From the sequence record NC_070650.1: a stretch of DNA of 64,000 bases; one strand, 5' to 3'. The translations under genes and the position numbers were made by a program. Of this stretch, positions 37,991 to 46,824 are shown one piece after another (the stretch's first letter is position 1; the number at the start of each line of letters is the position of its first letter). The notes beneath the pieces were generated by a model, which saw only the letters and a list, made by a program, of their open reading frames with translations, was not told the origin of the DNA and ran no database searches.

Positions 37991-39355
37991 ATGGCCTACA
38001 ACGATACCGCGCTACAGGCCGATATAAAACGCGTTATTCATAGTAACAGCCAAGTGTACTCGACTTACACGATTGAGATACACTGTGGCACGTCTACAAC
38101 GGTGATTACGCCATTAAAATTGTTGTCGATAGATACTTTGCACGACTATGAAAAAGGTTTTGCAGAGGAAAAACAGATTGAAGTCATTTTGGTTGAAAAT
38201 GATTATCAGTCTTATATTTTCCCAAACAGGGATAATTTAAAGATAACCATTATTAGGTCTCCAATTGGTGTTGTTAGTGATAGCAAAAACTATAATGGCG
38301 TAAATACGGCTAAGACCTATAGGGCCACGTTAGTGGACCCCTCACCGGCAAGGACCAACGAAGGTAAGGGGTTTGCTTCGGCTCAGGGGGATTATTCTAG
38401 CCAGATGATGATTTCAGTCAAATTTCAGTTGATTGATTTGGCCGTGGAACAGATGATGTTAACGAGCACTGGGGGTATCTTTAGAAACTCCACTCCAGGA
38501 AATACTCTGAAAGCCCTACTAACAACATTGTCACAAGGACTGAAATTAGATGATGCGGATGCCGTGAAAGGAGTGAACATGGTTGACGCAGACAACATCA
38601 AACAAAGGACGCATCTGTTGGTTGACCAGGGGACCAAACTGTATGATTTGGCCGATCATATCCATCAGAACTGCGGGGGCATTTATAACACTGGGGTAAG
38701 TTGTTATTACCACGCCAATTACTGGCATGTATTCCCGCCGTATGATGTCACCAGGATCAATAAGTCAACCAAAACCATGACCATTATGTTGGTGCGTACA
38801 CCGGAGTTACCCGATTCAGATAACACGTATTTGCAGGATGGAAATACCCTTTATGTGGTATCGAACGGCGCTACGTTACATATTGACCAGGTCGACCATC
38901 AGGCCGTGAATTCAGGTAATGGTGTCAGATATGCCAGAGCAACTGATTTGTTTGATAATTTTATTGATACTACCAAACAAGCAATGACCACATCAACGGC
39001 AAATGTATTGAATGCGTTTATTACAAATAAACGAGATAGTGGTCTGAGTAATGCCCCGTTTTCCAAAAATAGAGTCACTGATAACGATTGTTTGGAATTA
39101 TCAAAATTATCCCAAAGGCAAGGACAGCAAATCCAAGTCCAATGGGATAAGGCAGATCCGTCGTTGATTATTCCAGGGATGCCTGTTAAAGTGCTTTATG
39201 AATCGGAACGATTAGTTTATCAATTAGTAGGTACTATCCTCAACGTACAAAGTCAAGTACGTATGAATCAACCGGGTATGACGACTACCCGGTACGTCAC
39301 TGGGGTCAGCATGACTTTATTCGTCACGGTAGACAAAACCAGTACTGCCGCATAA
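37991..39355 (+). CDS. Virion protein, possible baseplate hub (phiKZ gp101-like)
   Basis: 454 aa. The C-terminal QW...DPSLIIPGMPVKV...GTIL pattern is reminiscent of gp27/Mu gp44-type hubs; syntenic position. Confidence 0.45.
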   Translation: MAYNDTALQADIKRVIHSNSQVYSTYTIEIHCGTSTTVITPLKLLSIDTLHDYEKGFAEEKQIEVILVENDYQSYIFPNRDNLKITIIRSPIGVVSDSKNYNGVNTAKTYRATLVDPSPARTNEGKGFASAQGDYSSQMMISVKFQLIDLAVEQMMLTSTGGIFRNSTPGNTLKALLTTLSQGLKLDDADAVKGVNMVDADNIKQRTHLLVDQGTKLYDLADHIHQNCGGIYNTGVSCYYHANYWHVFPPYDVTRINKSTKTMTIMLVRTPELPDSDNTYLQDGNTLYVVSNGATLHIDQVDHQAVNSGNGVRYARATDLFDNFIDTTKQAMTTSTANVLNAFITNKRDSGLSNAPFSKNRVTDNDCLELSKLSQRQGQQIQVQWDKADPSLIIPGMPVKVLYESERLVYQLVGTILNVQSQVRMNQPGMTTTRYVTGVSMTLFVTVDKTSTAA

Positions 39356-39383
39356 TCGGGAGGGCGAAAGCCCTCCCTTTATG
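39350..39383 (+). terminator. Terminator-like hairpin repeat
   Basis: GCATAATCGGGAGGGC-GAAA-GCCCTCCCTTTATG. Confidence 0.85.
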
Positions 39384-39412
39384 TCATTTTTATAAAACCA
39401 TCAAATAAAATA

Positions 39413-39430
39413 ATTATAAACCTATATAAC
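39413..39430 (+). promoter_or_regulatory. Putative early promoter variant TTATAAACCTATATAAC
   Basis: One mismatch to the 17-mer at 49742; heads the accessory cluster. Confidence 0.55.
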
Positions 39431-39500
39431 TTGGGTGAGTGGTGCCTGATATGTTTCTTGAGTGGTAACAATGAAACATGAAACAAAAACCTTATGCACG

Positions 39501-39508
39501 TATATTAC
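39501..39508 (+). promoter_or_regulatory. Putative early promoter core TATATTAC
   Basis: Exact phiKZ early core about 60 bp upstream of the first accessory ORF. Confidence 0.55.
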
Positions 39509-39569
39509 TTACTTAGGGTTTAAATGTACCACATAAATGTTCTTTTTTTAAATCTAAGAGGAATACACT

Positions 39570-39971
39570 ATGAAAGCTCAAGCCGTTCGCAATTCAGAAA
39601 TCAAATCTCGCCGTGCTACCTGGTTGGCCATCCTGCTTATCGCATTATTTGCGTTAATAACATCCACGGGATACGCCAAAGAAACGAACACCAAACCGGC
39701 ATTCTCTAGCCTGAAGGCATTTCAATTGAAAGCCGATGACCAAAAACTGACCGGAGCCCGTTTCGGTTGGTGCTTCCCAACGCCGAAAGATGGTGTGCAG
39801 TGTCAAACCGTTAATGGCGCTACGGTAACTGATCTTGGCCCGGGCGAAGTTGATGCTCAAGCAAACAGTAACGAATTAGGTGACGGCTCTACCGTATTTT
39901 CAGTAACCCTGTTACCAGAAACTGCGGTCAAAGAGATGAAAGCCATCTACGATTATACCTGGAGTCACTAA
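39570..39971 (+). CDS. Exported (signal peptide) hypothetical protein with Cys-x9-Cys motif
   Basis: GAGGA RBS; basic n-region, hydrophobic LAILLIALFALI core, GYA-K cleavage-like site; GWC-x9-CQTVNG. Confidence 0.75.
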   Translation: MKAQAVRNSEIKSRRATWLAILLIALFALITSTGYAKETNTKPAFSSLKAFQLKADDQKLTGARFGWCFPTPKDGVQCQTVNGATVTDLGPGEVDAQANSNELGDGSTVFSVTLLPETAVKEMKAIYDYTWSH

Positions 39972-40354
39972 TGTTAAAATTCCCGTTAGAGTTAATGGAT
40001 TTACGTACTGTACGTAATACCGATGTATTCACATACGCTGATTTTGTTTTTGTCTCGTTATTAGACAAATGCCATTCACTCTACGGGACAAGTATCGAGC
40101 ATCAAAATAAAAAAGATTTCAGCTACGTGGTGAGGACTGTAAAATTATTGTTCCGCGATTACCGGGTCGTGTGGGTGGATAAAAAAGATTCCCCACACAC
40201 CAGGGTAGCGACACTCCCCGAAACCACCAAAGCCGGATATTCCTTGGAATATTCACTGACTAGCCACGGGGATGTTAGTTGGACAGTTAGATTAATTGAT
40301 TCCCAAAAAATCATTTGTTCCGGGATATTTCCACCGTGGGAGAAATTATGTTAG
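39971..40354 (+). CDS. Hypothetical protein, LPE-x3-AGY paralogue family
   Basis: GGAG RBS; TLPETTKAGY; C-terminal W......DSQKIICSG. Confidence 0.75.
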   Translation: MLKFPLELMDLRTVRNTDVFTYADFVFVSLLDKCHSLYGTSIEHQNKKDFSYVVRTVKLLFRDYRVVWVDKKDSPHTRVATLPETTKAGYSLEYSLTSHGDVSWTVRLIDSQKIICSGIFPPWEKLC

Positions 40355-40746
40355 ATTTTAAATTGGCGCTTAAACCACTACAAGAATTAAAAACAACTAG
40401 CGTTATAGGGTATATCGATCATTACTTGATTTATGCCGCCGATTACTTAGGCGACGCCGCTCGTCAACCTAATGCCATGGATGCTTTGGCTGGTCATATT
40501 AAAGATACTATTTCAAGCATGATAAAAATCATGTGTTATGACCAAACTATCGTGAAGGTACATAGCCACCGCTATTACCCTGACGGTAAATCAATTAACC
40601 TCCCCGAGTTAGCATTGGCTGGGTATGAAATCCATTGGGTGGAATCAGGAATTTCCGTTAATGGGACATCGCCCGGTTTTCAATGGAAAATCATCAGAAG
40701 GGATTCAATGAAAGTAGTTTGTGCTGGGAGTAGTCAACTCTGGTAG
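40348..40746 (+). CDS. Hypothetical protein, LPE-x3-AGY paralogue family
   Basis: GGAG RBS before ATG 40348; NLPELALAGY; C-terminal W......DSMKVVCAG. Confidence 0.75.
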   Translation: MLDFKLALKPLQELKTTSVIGYIDHYLIYAADYLGDAARQPNAMDALAGHIKDTISSMIKIMCYDQTIVKVHSHRYYPDGKSINLPELALAGYEIHWVESGISVNGTSPGFQWKIIRRDSMKVVCAGSSQLW

Positions 40747-40790
40747 TTGGGTCCTTGGACCCAACTACCTATACCTTTATTTTTATTTTG
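40742..40790 (+). terminator. Perfect 13-bp inverted repeat followed by T-rich tract
   Basis: GGTAGTTGGGTCC-TT-GGACCCAACTACC, then TTTATTTTTATTTT. Confidence 0.6.
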
Positions 40791-40800
40791 AGGTGGTATT

Positions 40801-41190
40801 ATGAACAGTAATTTTCTTCCTGATAACATCGATGAATCTATGGGAATTACCGCCCAACAAGAAATAGAATTACTGGTGCTTCTTGATAAAAATACGGGAT
40901 TGAATGGCTTATTTGAGGCATCTACTGATGACCTATTGACTATTTATACAAAAGCCACGGATTTATTATCGTCGAATCAAGTGTACTACAGACCGACCAC
41001 GGCAAGGGTCGTTGACGGCTTGATGGTATTATCCGTCATGCTACCCGAATTGGAGCGTGCTGGATATACCGTTGAAATACGTAGCAAGGATTTTCGTCAG
41101 TATCCTTGCTGTGTACTGGCCAGGATAATCGCACCACAACCATCTGGGTGTGAATTCGCCTGGGAATTTGAAATAAACCCCACGGAGTAG
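40801..41190 (+). CDS. Hypothetical protein, LPE-x3-AGY paralogue family
   Basis: GAGGT RBS; MLPELERAGY. Confidence 0.75.
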   Translation: MNSNFLPDNIDESMGITAQQEIELLVLLDKNTGLNGLFEASTDDLLTIYTKATDLLSSNQVYYRPTTARVVDGLMVLSVMLPELERAGYTVEIRSKDFRQYPCCVLARIIAPQPSGCEFAWEFEINPTE

Positions 41191-41199
41191 TTTACATAA

Positions 41200-41586
41200 A
41201 TGCGTTGGTTATTTTTAATTATATCAGTAATTATTTGTTCCAATGCCCCGGCTGAAGAAGTACGCGTCACAGACATCGTACTTTTTCCCGGTGCTCAAAC
41301 CGCTATGATGCCAACTCTTTTTGACCTAAGAGAAGATTTGGTGTTGGACCCAGAAGACAGTCAAGGATACTGTCTGGGTATGCGGACGGGACATATGGGA
41401 TGTTTTACGGTACGAGGCCGTTACCTCGGGGATAAGAAGGTCAGCGTATATTACAATGGTGACGACCATCACGTGTATGCCTTCGACCAGGTGCCGGTGC
41501 ATTTGCGACCGGTAGTTCAAAATGCATTCTTACGAGAGTGGGCGGTCGACCCCACTAAAGGATGGCTTGAAACTCAATCGCAGTAG
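41200..41586 (+). CDS. Exported (signal peptide) hypothetical protein with Cys-x9-Cys motif
   Basis: GGAG RBS; MRWLFLIISVIICSNAPA-E signal-like N-terminus; GYC-x9-CFTVRG. Confidence 0.7.
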   Translation: MRWLFLIISVIICSNAPAEEVRVTDIVLFPGAQTAMMPTLFDLREDLVLDPEDSQGYCLGMRTGHMGCFTVRGRYLGDKKVSVYYNGDDHHVYAFDQVPVHLRPVVQNAFLREWAVDPTKGWLETQSQ

Positions 41587-41642
41587 TAATGCGAACCTAC
41601 CATGCCGCGATAGTCACGCGTGCATTCGAGGAGAAAATTTAA

Positions 41643-42437
41643 ATGACTACACACACGACATTCAAAACGATCGTAGTGTTAGCGATCGCAATGGTTATTG
41701 CAGGCATTTTTAGTTTATATGCCCCCAATACCAGCGCGTCACTATCCACCGCGGTACCTACTTATAATGCCGTAAAAATGCAGCCCGTACAGGCTAAACA
41801 TAAATTACCCTTAGAAACTGCAACGGTTTCAAAGACAGTGGCTCTACGTTACACTACGCTCCCCAGGCCTAAGGTAAATGGTTTAGAGTCGCACAAAAAT
41901 CTAATTGAATTGGTGGCAAAATACACCGGCGTACAATCTTCACTTCTCGCATCAACCGCAGGGATTGAATCAAGGTATATTAGCCACGCAAAAAATAAAG
42001 GCGGTTCATCCGCACAAGGGCTTTGTCAGTTTACTAAATCGACCTGGCGAGCTACAGCAAAGAAATACGGCAAACAGTACGGGATAACCCCGAGCACCTC
42101 TCGGCTAGACCCTCGCGCTAATTTGCTGCTCTGTGCTGAGCACATCAAGGAAAATGACGTTTATTTGACGAAGGTACTTAAACGCCCAGCCAAACCATCT
42201 GAAATTTATATGGCTCACTTCTTAGGGAGTGGCGGTGCTGTGGCGTTGTTAAAAGCTAAACCAGGGTCCCGCGCAGATCACGCAACCCCGTCAGCTGCTC
42301 GTAATAATCCGCGTATGTTTTATGGTAAGAAAGGTAACGCGTATACCGTGGCTGATTTCAAACGCACCATTAAAATCAAGGTGCAACGGGAGCAAAGTAA
42401 TTTCGCCGCGCTCGTCAATATGACGCCAAGCGCATAA
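41643..42437 (+). CDS. Lytic transglycosylase (SLT-like, phiKZ gp144 catalytic-domain type) with N-terminal signal/anchor
   Basis: Catalytic AGIES, AQGLCQFTKSTW and YMAHFLGSGGA. Hydrophobic N-terminus IVVLAIAMVIAGIFSLYA. GAGGAG RBS. Confidence 0.85.
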   Translation: MTTHTTFKTIVVLAIAMVIAGIFSLYAPNTSASLSTAVPTYNAVKMQPVQAKHKLPLETATVSKTVALRYTTLPRPKVNGLESHKNLIELVAKYTGVQSSLLASTAGIESRYISHAKNKGGSSAQGLCQFTKSTWRATAKKYGKQYGITPSTSRLDPRANLLLCAEHIKENDVYLTKVLKRPAKPSEIYMAHFLGSGGAVALLKAKPGSRADHATPSAARNNPRMFYGKKGNAYTVADFKRTIKIKVQREQSNFAALVNMTPSA

Positions 42438-42476
42438 ACCCACAGGGGAGAGCTGCAGCTCTCCCCTTTTATGCCG
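42432..42476 (+). terminator. Terminator-like hairpin repeat
   Basis: GCATAA...AGGGGAGAGC-TGCA-GCTCTCCCCT-TTTATGCCG. Confidence 0.8.
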
Positions 42477-42499
42477 TTGATAAACCACAAGGTGATATC

Positions 42500-43231
42500 A
42501 TGACTGACCGTATTAAGTACAATGAAACAACTGGGAAAGTGGAAGTGGATGCAGATGTTTGGGATATGATTGTGACTCAGATACCTGGGGGCTCTATCAC
42601 GGATTTAGTAATGATAAAAAAGTTATGGGATGCCGATCCATCAGGGAAATTGATAGCCCAACATCTGAACATTGCCCATAATAAACAATATAGTTGGAGA
42701 ATGTTCACTGGCGTGAAAAATAAATTTATTTTATCTGAAATATATCCTGAATGCATTATTTCGTTGAACCCAACGACACAGTCAAAACACGAATTCCTTA
42801 GGGCTGCGTTAACAGGCATATCTAAAGCAAATCTACTGAAAATAAAAGACCACTCAAATCAACCCATACAGAGCGCAGTAGATAAATTACTTTCAGGTAA
42901 AATGAACAACCCTAGAGCAACTACTGTGGTTAACATATCAAAAATAACTGGAGTGCCAATCCATCGTTTTATCAGAACCACCCTACCGACTACCCCTCCT
43001 AGTGAGATGGTCCGGATAAAACAAATAGCGCTTACTGAAAAAATAAATATCTTAGCAGTGGCTTTGCGCGAACTTAAATTAACTTGTACTGGTCTGGCCC
43101 AAACTCTGGGTGTCAGTCAAAGCCACGTTAGTTATTGGAAAGGCGGTACTACCCCTCGTTTAGATGCATACGTAGCATTGTGTAAATATTTTAATGTGCC
43201 GTTTGACTATTTTAGCGACTGGCTGGAATAA
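42500..43231 (+). CDS. Tandem XRE-family helix-turn-helix DNA-binding protein
   Basis: C-terminal LAQTLGVSQSHVSYWKGGTTPRLDAYVALCKYFNVPFDYF and central IQSAVDKLLSGKMNNPRATTVVNISKITGVPIHRF are both XRE-type. Confidence 0.8.
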   Translation: MTDRIKYNETTGKVEVDADVWDMIVTQIPGGSITDLVMIKKLWDADPSGKLIAQHLNIAHNKQYSWRMFTGVKNKFILSEIYPECIISLNPTTQSKHEFLRAALTGISKANLLKIKDHSNQPIQSAVDKLLSGKMNNPRATTVVNISKITGVPIHRFIRTTLPTTPPSEMVRIKQIALTEKINILAVALRELKLTCTGLAQTLGVSQSHVSYWKGGTTPRLDAYVALCKYFNVPFDYFSDWLE

Positions 43232-43293
43232 TAAAAAATAGGTGATGAGTAATCGTCTGGGTCGACGTTTAACATACAACAAGAAGGTGTATT

Positions 43294-43629
43294 ATGTCAG
43301 ATACTTCTCAGATTAACTCATTACTGGAATCGAATAACATAACCGCAGTTTGCTTTTACTCAAACCTGCATGGAAAAGTACAACTCACCCATACTTCAGT
43401 ACCCTTAAAACAAGCCATGGAAGCAGTGGACGCCTCCATGAATAACATTTATTGGTTGACCGTGTTAGGTGAGCGTACGATGCGTCCCTTTTACTACGGC
43501 ACATTAAAAGGTAGATTGGTACTTATGGAAACAGCGCTTAAAAATACCCACTTCTTTTCACAGTTCGTAGAAGACGAACCACGTACGGCTTCCTGGCGTA
43601 AATCTGTCAGGGAGTCACTGATATGTTAG
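43294..43629 (+). CDS. Hypothetical protein
   Basis: AAGG RBS; 111 aa. Confidence 0.65.
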   Translation: MSDTSQINSLLESNNITAVCFYSNLHGKVQLTHTSVPLKQAMEAVDASMNNIYWLTVLGERTMRPFYYGTLKGRLVLMETALKNTHFFSQFVEDEPRTASWRKSVRESLIC

Positions 43630-43970
43630 ACTTCGACCTCGTACTCAAAACACCTACAAAATCAGAAATTTTGGCACACACTTTGGTTATCCAATTAGAT
43701 GCGCTTCTTTCAGCGTATCGTTTTCCGTTGTGCCCCAAAGACTGCATGCCTGCCCTTTTCTTTCCCGAATCGGCATCGATCACGTTATCAAACATTAAAA
43801 CCACTATGTTGGATATGTTAGAAACCGGTGAACCCATCCCTACTGAATTTCTAAGTAGTTGTGGGTATCGATTCGATTTAATGAAAACAAATAGTGATAA
43901 TGGATGTTTCCCATCCATTGATGTCTGGGTTTACACACCGAGAGGGCGTGTAACTTTAGAAATCATGTAA
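43623..43970 (+). CDS. Hypothetical protein, divergent member of the small paralogue family
   Basis: N-terminus MLDFDLVLK matches MLDFKLALK of 40348; IPTEFLSSCGY; C-terminal SIDVWVYTPRG. Confidence 0.7.
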   Translation: MLDFDLVLKTPTKSEILAHTLVIQLDALLSAYRFPLCPKDCMPALFFPESASITLSNIKTTMLDMLETGEPIPTEFLSSCGYRFDLMKTNSDNGCFPSIDVWVYTPRGRVTLEIM

Positions 43971-43992
43971 ATATTCGAACTGGAGTATAGCG

Positions 43993-44286
43993 ATGAATGC
44001 ATCATTGGCGTCAAACCTCAAAAAACTGGTTTCCTCCTTTTTGGAAGGTAAACCGATATCGGCTCGTCGTACATGGATAGTAGTGAACGACCTGAGATTG
44101 ATTTATTTAAATCCAAAGAAGGCCAGACAGGCTTTGAAAGAACACAGTGGGCTTGACGAGTCCCAATTTCTTTCATTTTGTTCTGACTTAGTACAAGTCA
44201 TGGTCAATAACCCAGGTCAACCCGATTCACAAACTTCAACAGTTAAAAAATCGGATCTGGCTTTCTTTTGCAGGATGAGCCAATAA
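43993..44286 (+). CDS. Hypothetical protein
   Basis: GGAG RBS; 97 aa. Confidence 0.65.
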   Translation: MNASLASNLKKLVSSFLEGKPISARRTWIVVNDLRLIYLNPKKARQALKEHSGLDESQFLSFCSDLVQVMVNNPGQPDSQTSTVKKSDLAFFCRMSQ

Positions 44287-44633
44287 TGCACTATACCCAG
44301 ACAAGAATACTCACTGAAAAAATCCACGACTTTCTGGAAAGTGGGGAGTACCATCGGACCCCCAATCAAGCAATATTTGATGCGGATGGGTTAAATAGCG
44401 AAAGGCGACTTCCTGATATTTTACATCCTGTGTGGTCGGGTAAAAACGCCAAACAGCTATTCGATGCGTTGGAATTGTTTATCTCAACAGATGTTCCTGT
44501 AGGCCCAGCCATTATTTTGGGGCGTGAAGGAACGGACTACACTGTTCGGATTTTACAGAATAATCGATTAAGTATTGATGTTGTGGTGGGCACCCCACTT
44601 GGGATTATCCCGTTGAGATTGGAAAGGATTTAA
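44286..44633 (+). CDS. Hypothetical protein sharing a C-terminal motif with 43623-43970
   Basis: TAATG overlap start; SIDVVVGTPLG. Confidence 0.65.
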   Translation: MHYTQTRILTEKIHDFLESGEYHRTPNQAIFDADGLNSERRLPDILHPVWSGKNAKQLFDALELFISTDVPVGPAIILGREGTDYTVRILQNNRLSIDVVVGTPLGIIPLRLERI

Positions 44634-44636
44634 CTT

Positions 44637-44690
44637 AGGGAGAGGCTTCGGCCTCTCCCTCCCATTACTTTTTTTATTTTTTTGTTTTGA
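44637..44690 (+). terminator. Terminator, repeat family A stem
   Basis: AGGGAGAGGC-TTCG-GCCTCTCCCT; 28 bp identical to 2855-2882; T-tract follows. Confidence 0.8.
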
Positions 44691-44702
44691 GAGAGGTTTA
44701 TT

Positions 44703-45209
44703 ATGGTTGAAGTAAAGTTGCAAGTAACCTACGAATCAGAATTACTCCCACCAGTTTATGTTACCGACCATCTGTATTTAGGTGAATCTGGTGCATGCAT
44801 CATTTACATGCTAGGCACTGAAATTAACGGGATGTTTATTCGATACGCTACTGCAGATGCTCCTCAAACGCTCGAGAACATTATTAAACTGGGTGCGGCT
44901 ACTAATTCCCTGGTTAAAGCTTATGCCGGTAATACGGCGCAGCCTGTGATTGTTATTACGGGTACTTTAACCGCTGATGTTTTTGCATCGAAAGAAATGA
45001 AACTGACATCAGTGGCGCTGCGCATGGGCGCAATCATATTTGCCAAAGCAGACTACCTCGGCACGTATCCGCCAAGCAAAACCGCAACACCATCCCAACA
45101 GTATCTTTGTTTTGATACTAGCATGTCTAGCGACTATGTTACTGCTGCGGTAGAGCAGGTAGTCGCGGCTAATCTTAAGAAAGCCATTATTGCTAAGTTC
45201 TATAGTTAA
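44703..45209 (+). CDS. Hypothetical protein
   Basis: GAGG RBS; 168 aa. Confidence 0.7.
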   Translation: MVEVKLQVTYESELLPPVYVTDHLYLGESGACIIYMLGTEINGMFIRYATADAPQTLENIIKLGAATNSLVKAYAGNTAQPVIVITGTLTADVFASKEMKLTSVALRMGAIIFAKADYLGTYPPSKTATPSQQYLCFDTSMSSDYVTAAVEQVVAANLKKAIIAKFYS

Positions 45210-45251
45210 CGGCATAAAAGGGAGGGCTTTCGCCCTCCCGATATGTTGTCT
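45210..45251. terminator. Bidirectional terminator-like hairpin, repeat family B
   Basis: 40 bp identical to 15908-15947; lies between convergent genes. Confidence 0.85.
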
Positions 45252-46792
45252 TACATCCACTCTGGATTATGGTCAGGCGCATCAGAACCAAATTTCTTCT
45301 GTGAGCGGTCTGCACCATTGATATCATCCGGTATACACCCAAACTCAGCAAAGGGCAGTACGCAGTAATGGTCTTCCGGAGGAGTAGGTAGCGGTTTACG
45401 ATGTTTGCCACGATGGATGGTCAAGAATGACTTACCATAAAGCACCTCGATGTGCAGTAGGATTTCTAAGTCTACTTCTTGCTGCAATACCTTACAGCTA
45501 TCCCAATACCCTTTCTTCGCAATTTGTTTTACGAAGTCATCCGTGTTCATTCGAAGTAGGTTGTATGCCTCGGACGAAATCTGGTGTGGCGTAATAAACG
45601 CAATTCCTTTAGGGTTTGTGTACGAACGGATTATCCTAAACAACTCACGCACATCCCCACCAATTGTACTTGCATGACATCCTTGTTTAGAACACATGTT
45701 TAAATAGTCAAATACAATTGCGTGAATTTCATATCCCTGAGATTCATAAAACTTAATGATCTGAAATATTTTATCGTACGTGGTAGTTGGACCGTTCAGT
45801 CGAATGAATTCGACATTATAGCCAGTACGCGTTAACTTATCCATAACGTAGTCAGCAATTTCCTGATAACGTTGAGGGTTGGTTTTTGCTTCCTCTTTTA
45901 ATACATCTACATCCACCCTGGTTTGGAATTCATCTTCGTATAGATGACAATACATGATGATCATATTGTCTTCTTGCGAGTTTTCTGTGGAGATATGCAA
46001 CATGAGTGGTTTCTTTGCCGGATCTAGCATGTATGGCGTGTTATGCATGCACATTTGTCTGAACATCGACAAAGTAAAACCTGTTTTAAAGTTGTTGGTC
46101 AATGCACCAACCACCACCATATCCCCTCGACGGATGCCTTTTAATTCACCCATCATACGGTTGACGCCTTGCCACCCTAAAGTTAACACCCCCTCAGGTG
46201 AACTCTGCTCAACTGCTTTTTGTACTGCATCCGCCACTGCCCCTCTATTGTTAGAACCAAATGAAGTTACTGCTTCAAATGCAGCTTTTACCGTAGTGGG
46301 TTTGATGGCATCTAGTTTATTCTGTAGTTCGGAGAAATACGTCGTCACATCCATGTTATCGAAATTAAACAAACAATCTCGTTGTGCTTGCTTAATAACA
46401 GAAGCAAATCTTGTCTTTTGTTGATAGCTTTCTAGCTCAGCACGTATTTCACTAATTTTAATTTCTAACTCTTCTTGGGTTTCCGGTTCCATTAAACCCA
46501 ACCTGAAACTGTCCCACAGCGAGTCATCTCCCTTGATGTTTATACGTATCCTTTGAAGCAGCCCCGTATGGTCATAAGTATGTTCCAACGGTTGGTCTAC
46601 CATCCATAACACCGTCTTACGTAGCTCATTCTGTGAAAGTTTGCTGTCGTCTAGGTCGTAAGCATTCTCGGATACCTTGATGCCGTTAACAATCTCCCTC
46701 ACCAACACCGCTGAGTTATCATATTGAGATAGGCGTCTTGATTCCAAATAAAGCAAAGTTATGCTGCGAACCAGTAAAAGTTTGGCGTCCAC
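45251..46792 (-). CDS. dnaB: Replicative DnaB-like helicase (phiKZ gp118-like)
   Basis: Walker A variant GALTNNFKTG, HISTEN, Walker B VFDYL, ITPHQIS and HRGKHR. GTG start with a GGAG RBS. Confidence 0.9.
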   Translation of the reverse strand: MDAKLLLVRSITLLYLESRRLSQYDNSAVLVREIVNGIKVSENAYDLDDSKLSQNELRKTVLWMVDQPLEHTYDHTGLLQRIRINIKGDDSLWDSFRLGLMEPETQEELEIKISEIRAELESYQQKTRFASVIKQAQRDCLFNFDNMDVTTYFSELQNKLDAIKPTTVKAAFEAVTSFGSNNRGAVADAVQKAVEQSSPEGVLTLGWQGVNRMMGELKGIRRGDMVVVGALTNNFKTGFTLSMFRQMCMHNTPYMLDPAKKPLMLHISTENSQEDNMIIMYCHLYEDEFQTRVDVDVLKEEAKTNPQRYQEIADYVMDKLTRTGYNVEFIRLNGPTTTYDKIFQIIKFYESQGYEIHAIVFDYLNMCSKQGCHASTIGGDVRELFRIIRSYTNPKGIAFITPHQISSEAYNLLRMNTDDFVKQIAKKGYWDSCKVLQQEVDLEILLHIEVLYGKSFLTIHRGKHRKPLPTPPEDHYCVLPFAEFGCIPDDINGADRSQKKFGSDAPDHNPEWM

Positions 46793-46824
46793 ATTACGCT
46801 CCGTATTTTTTGAGGGGTTAGAAC

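Noticed and set aside
42500-43231. HTH protein as evidence for lysogeny
   Set aside because: There is no integrase, no CI-type peptidase domain and no divergent cro/cI switch, and the family is known as lytic.
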